This document shows positions 1 to 8,377 of a DNA stretch of 46,340 bases, piece after piece. The notes beneath the pieces are model-generated. The model saw only the letters and a list, made by a program, of their open reading frames with translations. It searched no databases and was not told the DNA's origin. The position numbers were made by a program, and so were the translations under genes. Numbering within the stretch: position 1 is the first letter of the stretch; each line of letters starts with the position of its first letter. The stretch comes from a virus (Duplodnaviria; Caudoviricetes). Location: positions 1-46,340 of the IMG/VR virus record IMGVR_UViG_3300005286_000037; one strand, 5' to 3'.

Positions 1-53
1 TGCAGGACTAGGCTATGGCCTTCACCCCAAAATGCGCTAAACAGGCGCCGTTC

Positions 54-130
54 GGTCCCGTAGCTCAGCTGGATAGAGCAGCAGCCTTCTAAGCTGTTGG
101 TCACAGGTTCGAATCCTGTCGGGATCGCCA
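54..130 (+). tRNA. tRNA-Arg(TCT), host gene used as integration site
   Basis: 77-nt cloverleaf: acceptor GGTCCCG/CGGGATC, anticodon loop CT-TCT-AA, T-loop GGTTCGAATCC, encoded CCA end. Confidence 0.97.
112..130 (+). repeat. att core, left copy (AATCCTGTCGGGATCGCCA)
   Basis: 3' end of the tRNA-Arg; exact repeat at 46211-46229. Confidence 0.96.
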
Positions 131-165
131 TATTCTCAATTACATCAATGATTTCAAAGTGCGTG

Positions 166-229
166 CCCCGCACCGCCCCTATTGTGGGGTCATTGAGTCC
201 GCTTGCGAATTCCGAACAGCCCCCGCACC
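166..229. promoter_or_regulatory. Candidate integrase arm-type sites, left (CCCCGCACC x2)
   Basis: CCCCGCACC at 166-174 and 221-229; the same 9-mer occurs as an inverted pair next to the right att core. Confidence 0.6.
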
Positions 230-289
230 TTTTTCGCGATGCCGGGCGGCTGCCTTTCCCCCATCGTTCTAACGGTAATGGAGAAGAGA

Positions 290-727
290 ATGCAGAGTGA
301 CGACTTGGTAGCAAAGGCTGTCGAACTGGCAGCTCGCGTTCACGCCTGTCAGAAGGACATCGGCGGCGCGCCATACATCCTCCACCCCATGCGCGTCATG
401 GGCGAGATGGAATGCGAACAGACCCGTATCATCGCGGCGCTTCACGACACCGTAGAAGATGGCGAGGGGTTCAGCGTGGGTATCGTGCGCCGACACTTCG
501 GGGACCGCATCGCCGCTGCCGTAGACGCGCTGACGAAGCGTGAGGGTGAGGATTACGATGACTACCTGCAGCGAGTGAAGAGCGACGAGTTGGCCCTAAA
601 GGTGAAGCTGGCCGACCTCAAGGATAACAGCGACATCTTCCGGCTTGGCCGCGTGCCGACTGCTGAAGACAAGAAGCGGCTGGACAAATATCTTCGCGCC
701 CGCGCTTTTCTGTCCCTCCCCGCCTAA
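290..727 (+). CDS. HD-domain hydrolase, RelA/SpoT hydrolase / Mesh1-like
   Basis: Motifs H-x-x-Q-x-D-x-x-G-x-PYILHP, AALHDTVED, ALKVKLADLKDN. RBS GGAG before the ATG at 290. Confidence 0.85.
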   Translation: MQSDDLVAKAVELAARVHACQKDIGGAPYILHPMRVMGEMECEQTRIIAALHDTVEDGEGFSVGIVRRHFGDRIAAAVDALTKREGEDYDDYLQRVKSDELALKVKLADLKDNSDIFRLGRVPTAEDKKRLDKYLRARAFLSLPA

Positions 728-745
728 CCTGCCTAGGAGAAGAGA

Positions 746-907
746 ATGGCCCCGACTGAAACAATGCAGCCGGTGGAGTGCGGGGCGTGCGGTTGGCGGT
801 CCCGCCGCAAAACCGGCAACGTGGTCATTTGCCCGAAGTGCAGTTCAATCGCGGCGTTTCAGGTTCCGGCAAAGGATCATGTATCCCCGGAACCGGCAAG
901 CCGCTGA
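746..907 (+). CDS. 53-aa zinc-ribbon protein (not in ORF track)
   Basis: MAPTETMQPVECGACGWRSRRKTGNVVICPKCSS...: two CxxC motifs and a strong RBS (AGGAG). Confidence 0.65.
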   Translation: MAPTETMQPVECGACGWRSRRKTGNVVICPKCSSIAAFQVPAKDHVSPEPASR

Positions 908-1023
908 CCTGAAGCCGATAGTCGCAGCACGGAAAGCGATAGGTGATGGAAAGACGCCCGCGCACCCTATGCGGCGTCCAGTCCCAATTCGGCGGACAGG
1001 CGTGTATCGGGCAGATGATGTGC

Positions 1024-1260
1024 TTAGGGTCTGGAGTCGACAATCCGCTCCACCCTTTCCACGCGCTGAGTGAGCGCCCGCAATTCCCCGCCCTGCTTCA
1101 CCTGCTCGATTAGGGTGCTGGTCGCGGTTTCGAGCGTCTTTTCGACGGCCCGCAGTCGCCCGTCGAACGTGGCCCAGCCTATCGTCATTGTGATGATCAG
1201 CCCGCCAAAAGTGATGACGTGACCAAGGTTGATTGTGCCGTCGAACTTCAAGCCTGCCAT
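1024..1260 (-). CDS. Small membrane protein with coiled coil, lysis-cassette associated
   Basis: One hydrophobic helix (VITFGGLIITMTIGWA) followed by a heptad-rich tail; last gene of the late operon. Confidence 0.7.
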   Translation of the reverse strand: MAGLKFDGTINLGHVITFGGLIITMTIGWATFDGRLRAVEKTLETATSTLIEQVKQGGELRALTQRVERVERIVDSRP

Positions 1261-1305
1261 TTACCGCCCCTTCACCGATGGGAATGAATAGTCTGTCTTA
1301 GCCAT
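1261..1305 (-). CDS. Putative 14-aa leader peptide MAKTDYSFPSVKGR
   Basis: Stop codon directly abuts the ATG of 1024-1260; start codon lies within a hairpin. Confidence 0.35.
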   Translation of the reverse strand: MAKTDYSFPSVKGR

Positions 1306-1372
1306 GAGGCTTGCCCCAAGCGTTGTGGTTAGGCCCGGCGAGGCGCGCTAACACCGCACCGGGCCGCTTGAT
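1300..1372 (+). ncRNA. Candidate SymR-like two-hairpin antisense sRNA
   Basis: Hairpin 1 AGCCAT-GAGGCTTG/CAAGCGTT-GTGGTT with G-U pairs only on the + strand; hairpin 2 GGCCCGG/CCGGGCC followed by a T-rich tail. Confidence 0.45.
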
Positions 1373-1735
1373 TTAGCGACCGGTCAACAGGTCCATGAGC
1401 GTGCGGCGCTTGGCCTGTGCCGTGCGGGCGCTCTCCTCCACAACCACCTGCTTATCGGCCGGAAGGGCTTTGACCGGGGTTTGCACGCCGTCCACGGTCA
1501 CATGGGGCTTGATGGTGCTGACGAAGCTCCAGATGTAGCCCCACGCGGCCACTCCCAGCCCCACCAGCGTACCAAGCGTGATGTCCTGCCATTTGGCACC
1601 AAGGAGGCCGATAATTGCCTCTTGTACATGCGGCGGGAGGTTATTCCAGGCAGTGAGCGCTGCTGCGGCGAGGCCGCCCAGTTCCATGACGCGGCGCAGC
1701 AACCACTGTCCGACGATGCCGGTTAGAAAAGACAT
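1373..1735 (-). CDS. Putative holin
   Basis: 120 aa with hydrophobic helices and a basic C-terminus, directly after the endolysin; RBS AGGAGG. Confidence 0.6.
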   Translation of the reverse strand: MSFLTGIVGQWLLRRVMELGGLAAAALTAWNNLPPHVQEAIIGLLGAKWQDITLGTLVGLGVAAWGYIWSFVSTIKPHVTVDGVQTPVKALPADKQVVVEESARTAQAKRRTLMDLLTGR

Positions 1736-1746
1736 GACCGCCTCCT

Positions 1747-2436
1747 TTAGCGGGGGATGATGGGGAGAAAGAAAAAGGCCGCCACGGCGACCAGGATGAT
1801 GACGGCGATCAGGACTGCGCCAAGGGCCCTTGGCCCGCTTGGGTGGACCTTCCTGTCGGCTGGGGGATAGGTGGGGGTTGGCTTGCTGGTCTCTGCTGGC
1901 TTGGCTGCTTCCCGCAGCTTCATCAGAAGCGCAGCCACCCCAAGCTGCTGGTCCACATGGTTGGGGTCAAACTTGCCGTCTGCGACGTACTTGCCCTTTT
2001 CGTACTGATCGGTTCCGGCCCAGAGGTATGGCGACGGCAGGCCCTTGTTGCGATAGCCGAGCCCGTTATAGGCCTCCAGCTTGTCGAGGGTATTGGCGAG
2101 AGACCAATCCTTGTTCTTGGCAAGGTGCGGGTGGCAGTTGGTGAGGGCGTCAATCGCGGCCTCTTCCCAAGTCGAGAATGGCCCCCGGCCCTTCGGAACC
2201 AGCGTCGTTTTCTTGCCGGTGCCGATGATCTTCTGGCCGTTGTGAAGGACGCCTGCGAAGTTGCCGGAGCTTTCTCGGTAATGGATCACGCCAATCACAT
2301 CCCAAGGCACGCCTGTGGCCTTCTCCACCACCTCATACCGGGCGCGGTTGGCTGCAATCTTGGAAGCCGCCGCGTTTATCTTGGTAGACCTGGTAAACTT
2401 GGCGCGCGCCCATCGGGCCGCGTTGGTTGTGGCCAT
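1747..2436 (-). CDS. Endolysin, lysozyme-family, with C-terminal transmembrane helix
   Basis: GVPWDVIGVIHYRESS (catalytic Glu context), LEAYNGLGY, PSPYLW, GKYVADG; hydrophobic tail; RBS GGAGG before the ATG at 2436. Confidence 0.88.
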   Translation of the reverse strand: MATTNAARWARAKFTRSTKINAAASKIAANRARYEVVEKATGVPWDVIGVIHYRESSGNFAGVLHNGQKIIGTGKKTTLVPKGRGPFSTWEEAAIDALTNCHPHLAKNKDWSLANTLDKLEAYNGLGYRNKGLPSPYLWAGTDQYEKGKYVADGKFDPNHVDQQLGVAALLMKLREAAKPAETSKPTPTYPPADRKVHPSGPRALGAVLIAVIILVAVAAFFFLPIIPR

Positions 2437-2456
2437 ATCGGCCTCCATTGATGTTG

Positions 2457-2488
2457 GAAATGAAAGAGGCGGCCCAGATGGACCGCCT
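2457..2488 (-). terminator. Rho-independent terminator upstream of the lysis genes
   Basis: Minus strand reads AGGCGGTCCA-TC-TGGGCCGCCT-CTTTCATTT. Confidence 0.6.
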
Positions 2489-2605
2489 TGTGTTGCGTGT
2501 GCCGCCCTGCCGTGGCTCAATGCCGAGATTGCGGCGGGCGGTGCGGCCAATGGGATTGACAACGGAAGCCGTCCTCCCGTTAACGTTTACCCGTTTCCTA
2601 GGGAG

Positions 2606-3355
2606 ATGATTTTATTGACCGATTTTCTCAGTGATGCATTCGGCGCTGCGGGGCGCGTAGCGATGCGCTTCTACGCGCGGAAGCTTCAGCGCGCGGGATT
2701 TTCCGTTACCGAAGCACGATACACTGCTAGATACCTGCAGAAGTTCTCGTTTTCTGTATCCACGATCTTCGACGTTGGCGTCTACGAGGGCACGCCAGAA
2801 CTCTACAAGGCATTCCCCAAATGCGATCTTGTGCTGATTGATCCACTACCCGAAAGCCTTGTGCTCGTGGAAGATGTTCTCAACGGCAGGGCTCACAAAT
2901 ACTATCAGACTGCCCTTGGCGACTCAGAGGGGGAGGCAACCCTTTCCATGTCCGGGCCCTCATCATCTCTGATGGAGCGCATCGATGGCGTACAAGGCGA
3001 ACAATCAACCCGCGTCCGCGTCACCACCCTCGATGCGATTTCCGCTGGTCATCAGGGGCCGTTCGGGCTGAAAATCGACACCGAAGGGTACGAGATGGAA
3101 GTCCTGAAGGGCGCATCGAAGACGCTTGAGCAATGCGAGTTTGTGATCACCGAGGCCAGCATGCGGCGACGGTTCTCCGGTGGATATGCATTCTCGGAAT
3201 TGATCGGCCTCATGGCGTCACATGGATTTGAGGCCGCAGAAGTAATTTCGCATCCTCGACACAACCGGCTGTCGGACGTGCTTTTCGTGCGCAAAGACAG
3301 TCGCCACCTGGAACCCAAAGCCGTCAAGGTCAGTAAGCCCGGAGATCGCCTATGA
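2606..3355 (+). CDS. FkbM-family SAM-dependent methyltransferase
   Basis: IFDVGVYEG (SAM motif), VTTLD, LKIDTEGYEMEVLKGA. Start is ATG 2606 or TTG 2615; TTGACA at 2556-2561 upstream. Confidence 0.9.
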   Translation: MILLTDFLSDAFGAAGRVAMRFYARKLQRAGFSVTEARYTARYLQKFSFSVSTIFDVGVYEGTPELYKAFPKCDLVLIDPLPESLVLVEDVLNGRAHKYYQTALGDSEGEATLSMSGPSSSLMERIDGVQGEQSTRVRVTTLDAISAGHQGPFGLKIDTEGYEMEVLKGASKTLEQCEFVITEASMRRRFSGGYAFSELIGLMASHGFEAAEVISHPRHNRLSDVLFVRKDSRHLEPKAVKVSKPGDRL

Positions 3356-3969
3356 TCATCGTTTCGTTTGCGACGAATGACGATATTTACCCTTCCTACT
3401 TGGATCGACTTCGTCGCAGTTGCGAGGCGTCTGGCTTACAACACGACTTGGCGATCATACCCGCGCAGCGCCGGGAGACCGCGTGTCGCAGCAAGCCTAA
3501 ATTCCTGCTCAGCATGCTGGAAAAGCACAGCCAGCCGATCGTCTGGCTTGACGCAGATGCCGTGGTAATGCGTTCGTTCAGTCTCCCCGATGGAGATTGG
3601 GATGTCGGTCTTGTTCCAAACACGATCCGCAATAGGCGTCACGCCTATCCGATGGCGTCTTTCGTGGTGGCGCTCCGCCCTACGCCTGGCAGCGCTTCCT
3701 TCCTGAACACTTGGGACTACCTTTGCGGTTGGGACGGGCCCAAAGGCGACCACCACCGGCTGCACCCGACGAGAATGCTGATGAGGAAAGACTATGTAGA
3801 GACGTCATTGGTCAAGCCACTGCGGCGAGCAGTCGTTCGCGACTATGGCAAGCACAAAGAGAACACCATCGTCGGGGATCTGGAGTTCTACGCCGAGCGA
3901 ATTCTGCGACGCCTGACGTTTACCCGCGGGCGCCGGCCAGAGTTGGGCAGTTCCCCTGGGGAGGTTTAG
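3352..3969 (+). CDS. GT-A fold nucleotide-sugar glycosyltransferase
   Basis: KPKFLL...PIVWLDADAVV (DxD motif after a hydrophobic strand); ATGA overlap with the upstream FkbM gene. Confidence 0.78.
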   Translation: MIIVSFATNDDIYPSYLDRLRRSCEASGLQHDLAIIPAQRRETACRSKPKFLLSMLEKHSQPIVWLDADAVVMRSFSLPDGDWDVGLVPNTIRNRRHAYPMASFVVALRPTPGSASFLNTWDYLCGWDGPKGDHHRLHPTRMLMRKDYVETSLVKPLRRAVVRDYGKHKENTIVGDLEFYAERILRRLTFTRGRRPELGSSPGEV

Positions 3970-4059
3970 CCGCCCGAAATTGAGACCAATCAAAAAGAGT
4001 GGCGCCCCGAGGGTAATTTTGCTGCTAAGCCCCGATTGTCACCACGTTAAAGGCCCGGA

Positions 4060-5193
4060 ATGAAAGTCACCCTGCACATCGGCCAGTCAAAAACCGGTAC
4101 ATCGGCAATTCAGTCGTTTCTGACGATCAATCGCAAAGCGCTGGCCGACCAAGGAATTCTGTACCCCGCAGCGTCGGTTTGGGGCATGCCCGTTGACCTT
4201 GGGAGTCACAATGCTGTCGCCGATGCAATCGCCGGCAAGGTCTCCTACCCACACATATCCGCAGAAAAGTACCGCGAGGCATTTTTTAAGGAAGCGCATC
4301 AGCGTTCACTTCACCACATGATTCTAAGTGCGGAGCACTTTTTCGGCGGGCACCCACGCGTCTGGGACATTTCTGACGAGCGTGACTACGATGCGGCATA
4401 CCAGATCAAGGTCCAGCGCACCGCGCGCTGGCTAACGGGATGCGATGTCGACCTGATAGTCTATCTGCGACCCCATGCGTCGTGGCTCTCCTCTGGAATA
4501 GCGCAAAACATTCGAACGGCCGGATTTGTAGCAAATCTCGATCCGCTGATGTCCGACCTCGAGTTTTTCGAGATGTTTCGCCCCACCCTTCGGTATGAGC
4601 GCCTGCTATCCATGTGGCGCGCCATTCTCGCGCCGCGGACATTGACAGTGGTGCCATACCGCCGCGATACGCTCATCAATGGCAGTTCCGTACACGATTT
4701 TCTCTTCCATGCTGGGATAGACGCCAACCGCTTACCTCAGGTCTCGGCGAAGCATGAGATCAACCCTTCTTTGACGCGGGAGTATCTGGAAGTGAGGCGA
4801 CAGAGAACCAAGACATTCCGGTCAGTGTCCGAGGCCAGAGTCGCGACGAAATGCCTAGAGGCGCTGTCCAGGACAAGTTCCGAGCCTTCTATTTACAGCC
4901 TTTCAAAAGATGCGCTGGAGGCCGTCAACCGGCTCGCAGAAGAAGACAACATAGACTTAATGAGAGAGTTCGGTGTGTCCGTGGGGGCGGCGTCAAATAC
5001 GCTCGATTACCCGCCTCTCAACCAGGCCAAGGTAGAGGAGGCAGATGAGAGGTTTTGCCATGAGATGAGACGTCCACATTATCGCCGGATGGTAACAGCG
5101 ATGAGCATAAAAGAACTGCTTCGCAATCACGCCCTGCCGCTCCATGCCTTGCTCCATCAGGTGAAGAGGGCAAAAAACATGGGGCGCAGATGA
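4060..5193 (+). CDS. Sulfotransferase-like (P-loop fold) polysaccharide-associated protein
   Basis: LHIGQSKTGTSAIQ, ILSAEHF, IVYLRP..WLSS motifs. Confidence 0.75.
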   Translation: MKVTLHIGQSKTGTSAIQSFLTINRKALADQGILYPAASVWGMPVDLGSHNAVADAIAGKVSYPHISAEKYREAFFKEAHQRSLHHMILSAEHFFGGHPRVWDISDERDYDAAYQIKVQRTARWLTGCDVDLIVYLRPHASWLSSGIAQNIRTAGFVANLDPLMSDLEFFEMFRPTLRYERLLSMWRAILAPRTLTVVPYRRDTLINGSSVHDFLFHAGIDANRLPQVSAKHEINPSLTREYLEVRRQRTKTFRSVSEARVATKCLEALSRTSSEPSIYSLSKDALEAVNRLAEEDNIDLMREFGVSVGAASNTLDYPPLNQAKVEEADERFCHEMRRPHYRRMVTAMSIKELLRNHALPLHALLHQVKRAKNMGRR

Positions 5194-5202
5194 CCGGACT
5201 AC

Positions 5203-5976
5203 TCAATCCCTGTAACAGTATAGGAGCGGCTTGGATGATCTCCTATCATTCACGGTCTCAACGCTTTGGTACGCTTCCCTCACAACTCTCTGCACGGCGT
5301 CTGTGTCACAGAACTTAGGGTGGAGTTCCACCACCAAGGCATTGACCCGCATCAATTCTTCAGTTTTTCCGTCAAGGAATTCAAATTCTGAGCCCTCAAT
5401 ATCTACCTTCATGATGTCGATCGACTCATCTGGACCAGCGAGAACGTCAATCGCCGACCGCAGGCAGATACATGGGACAGGAATACCCTGGCCACCCCCA
5501 ATGCGGTGACTTGCTGACTGCTCGCCCTCGACTAGATTGAGGATATCGCTGTCATTGCGAGATGCCGCCCTTCGAATCACGGTCCAATGTTCTAATGCAC
5601 TGGACCGTAGGTTGCGCTCAGCAAGGTCGGCGGCGTCTTTGCTGGGCTCTATAGCAACTACTCTACATCCATGGTTCTCGCGGGCAACCCACGCCGAAAA
5701 GGTGCCGATGTTCGCGCCGACATCAAGCACCTTCGGAGAGGCTATGCGACGAAGTCGTTGGCGCAGAAATCCATACTCCTCGCGAAAAATCACTTCGCGT
5801 ATGGCAGACTCATCATACTTGCGGAATGCAATTGGATGGCCCTTGTAATGGATTTGTTGAACCCCCATCGGGTCTTGCTTCATGGCGATCAGCATACGGG
5901 CGGCTGGTGCCGCGCCGCCCGTGTAATCGGAAAATTCACCTAGACGGCGAATAAAGGAGAGCGATCGAGTAATCAT
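5203..5976 (-). CDS. FkbM-family methyltransferase, second copy
   Basis: VLDVGANIGTFS, VVAIEP, IDIMKVDIEGSEFE, LVVELH. Start uncertain (5976-6051). Confidence 0.9.
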   Translation of the reverse strand: MITRSLSFIRRLGEFSDYTGGAAPAARMLIAMKQDPMGVQQIHYKGHPIAFRKYDESAIREVIFREEYGFLRQRLRRIASPKVLDVGANIGTFSAWVARENHGCRVVAIEPSKDAADLAERNLRSSALEHWTVIRRAASRNDSDILNLVEGEQSASHRIGGGQGIPVPCICLRSAIDVLAGPDESIDIMKVDIEGSEFEFLDGKTEELMRVNALVVELHPKFCDTDAVQRVVREAYQSVETVNDRRSSKPLLYCYRD

Positions 5977-6069
5977 CCCTATGCGATATCGAGAAATTGA
6001 CACCGACGCAACGGGGCACCCCTTTCGGGCCGATGTAGCCCGCGGATCCAAGCGAAAGACCCACGCCTG

Positions 6070-8367
6070 CTACTGCCATCCGATTGTATAGCCGTGCAAC
6101 TCGACCATGACGCCCGTGGTGGACATTCGCCACTTCACATCTGTGCCGGTATCGAGAGCGGTCGTATCCAGTGTTCCCCAGTAGTACTTTTTGGTTCCCA
6201 CCGTCATGATATTGGCCATGGTGATAGCGCCGAAGTCTGAGCCATCGCGTGAGACCTCGAAGGAATAGTCGTCACCGATCACCGCCGTGTCGACCTCTTC
6301 CACAACCGCCAGGAGTCGGATTTCACCGGGCGCAGAAGCGGCGACAAAGGCATCGCTGGCCACAGTCATGTTGTTGACGATACCGGGTTCGTAGAAGACA
6401 ACCTCGGCGATTTGCGGTTCCGCCGCACTGGATGTGATGTACACCCAGACATAATCCCACAGGGTGGCCTGGTCGCTGGACGTAATCGTCTTTGTGACTG
6501 GTCCGGTGGCGTCGGCAAATGAACCCGTGGTGCCGAGAGGCGTACCGTCAGTGCCGTTCGACGGTGCGTCACCATTTTTCCCGTACAGCGTGATGTTGAT
6601 GTTGCTTGCCGCACTCGTGCCGTCGAAGCCGGCGGCGCTATTCTGGCTCTGCACCGTAACCTTCGATATCTTCTTCGGCGCGGAAGAATAGTTCTTCCCG
6701 ACATACCCAGGCGTTGATGTGGATCGCGCGGCCACTGTTGCCGTGGAGCCGTCAAAGGCACCCGCCAACCCGCCTTGGGCGGTCATGTCGCCGATATTCG
6801 TGCCGGTGGCCTGGCTGATCGCACTCTCGGAAGTTGTGGTCGGCTTGAGCGCGCCGGTCTCCGCAGTGCTCAAGTTGGTAGCGCCGGCAACGTCGATCAG
6901 GTCCGTCGTGGAAATGGCATCGCCCACGCCGGAACCGTTGCTGCCGCCCCCGAAATAGTATGGAGCGCTTCCGAGTTCCGCCATCTTGAGAGCAGCTTCC
7001 GCCGTCTCCACGATGAAGTCCTTGCTCGGGGGCGCAAGCGCGGCGATTGCCGCCGCCGTAGTGAGGGATGTCATGAACGAGGCGTCGTCGACCCCGGCCT
7101 CCGCCATGAGAGTCGTGGCCTTGGTGATACCCAGGCCCGTTCGCGCTGCTGATGCCGTGGTGTCCACGAGAAGGCGGCTTTGCCAGAAGCTCGTGACACC
7201 TTCGATTGACCCAATGAGCGAGGCCAACCATTCTGTTTCGTTCCCAGAGAACCCATTGGCAACGGCAACCTGATACGCACTGGCGCCGACCAATGATGCC
7301 AGCCATTCCGACTGCGACCCCGAATAGCCATTGACCACGGCCACCTCATAGGCCGAGAGTCCCTGTGGCCCGCGAATGTCTGTAGCGCTGCCAATGGTGC
7401 CTGTCAGGCCGCCCGACGAAACATACTGGTCGATGCCGCTGGTTGGCTTGGGCAGTTCCCCTCCAACATAGTCCACAAGGCGCAGAACGCGGCGATTGCT
7501 GTCATTGACCACCGCAAAGACAGGCGACCAGCCACGAGCGCCCTGCGGCCCCTGGAATGGCACTGCCACGCCCCAATCAGCAGTCGTCCCGCTGTTCTTG
7601 CGGAACAGCACGGACATGGTGATCGTGTCGCCATCGCCGTCTGCGGAGAGGAAAACAAACCCGGCGGGCTCGTCGTCATAATCATCCCGGTCTTCGAAGT
7701 TGCCGGTCGCGTCGATCTCAAGCCCCGCTGCCGACAGCGACCAGCAGATGGACAGTGCCTCGTTGTTGGCCAGCACACCGTCATGGCCAAGGTATCCCAG
7801 CGCAATCGTCCCCCAGCCAGAGTCCAGAGTGTTCGTCACCACGGTATAGGCCCTATATGCCGTTGTGGTGAGGGAGCGGAAGATGATGGTGGTGCCCGGC
7901 TCCCAAAGCCCGATCAGCGCGTCCACAGCCCTGCCGTTCGCGTCCAGCACGTCGATATAGGCTTCGGTGACAAGTGCCGGGTCCGCGTCGTCGAAGGCAA
8001 TGAACCCCGGCCCCGGATCGGCGGCGCCAGTGACGCCCTTCATGTTGAAGAACAAGCCCTGACTGTTCTTGTCGAGGATGTTGATCTGCGCCTGGGTGCG
8101 AGCAACGATCTGGGCAAGGTTGACCAAGTTCGTGGTGTCCTGGCTGACAGGCCAGATTTCCATGTCGGCTGTGCCAGTGCTGCCCGCATAGACGCGGGTC
8201 AATTCCAGCGTCGTGGTGTCGGTCAGGCTGTCGGCGAAGTAAACGATGCCATCGAGCACCACCATGGCGCCATGGGCCACGACTTCGGCAGTGAGGGCCG
8301 CGCCGGTATCGACAACAACAGTCGTGCTGCCGTTTTCGACGGCCGCCGTACCAGTCCAGATAAGCAT
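6070..8367 (-). CDS. Tail fibre / receptor-binding protein
   Basis: 765 aa, Thr/Gly/Ser-rich, two SAY(E/Q)VAV.NG.SG...EWLASL repeats, discoidin/CBM-like C-terminal region; last tail gene. Confidence 0.8.
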   Translation of the reverse strand: MLIWTGTAAVENGSTTVVVDTGAALTAEVVAHGAMVVLDGIVYFADSLTDTTTLELTRVYAGSTGTADMEIWPVSQDTTNLVNLAQIVARTQAQINILDKNSQGLFFNMKGVTGAADPGPGFIAFDDADPALVTEAYIDVLDANGRAVDALIGLWEPGTTIIFRSLTTTAYRAYTVVTNTLDSGWGTIALGYLGHDGVLANNEALSICWSLSAAGLEIDATGNFEDRDDYDDEPAGFVFLSADGDGDTITMSVLFRKNSGTTADWGVAVPFQGPQGARGWSPVFAVVNDSNRRVLRLVDYVGGELPKPTSGIDQYVSSGGLTGTIGSATDIRGPQGLSAYEVAVVNGYSGSQSEWLASLVGASAYQVAVANGFSGNETEWLASLIGSIEGVTSFWQSRLLVDTTASAARTGLGITKATTLMAEAGVDDASFMTSLTTAAAIAALAPPSKDFIVETAEAALKMAELGSAPYYFGGGSNGSGVGDAISTTDLIDVAGATNLSTAETGALKPTTTSESAISQATGTNIGDMTAQGGLAGAFDGSTATVAARSTSTPGYVGKNYSSAPKKISKVTVQSQNSAAGFDGTSAASNINITLYGKNGDAPSNGTDGTPLGTTGSFADATGPVTKTITSSDQATLWDYVWVYITSSAAEPQIAEVVFYEPGIVNNMTVASDAFVAASAPGEIRLLAVVEEVDTAVIGDDYSFEVSRDGSDFGAITMANIMTVGTKKYYWGTLDTTALDTGTDVKWRMSTTGVMVELHGYTIGWQ

Positions 8368-8377
8368 GAGAGTATCC

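Noticed and set aside
2315-2605. N-terminal extensions of the FkbM (from 2315) and endolysin (from 2562) ORFs
   Set aside because: They overlap head-to-head across a terminator/promoter gap; better RBS-linked starts exist at 2436 and 2606/2615.
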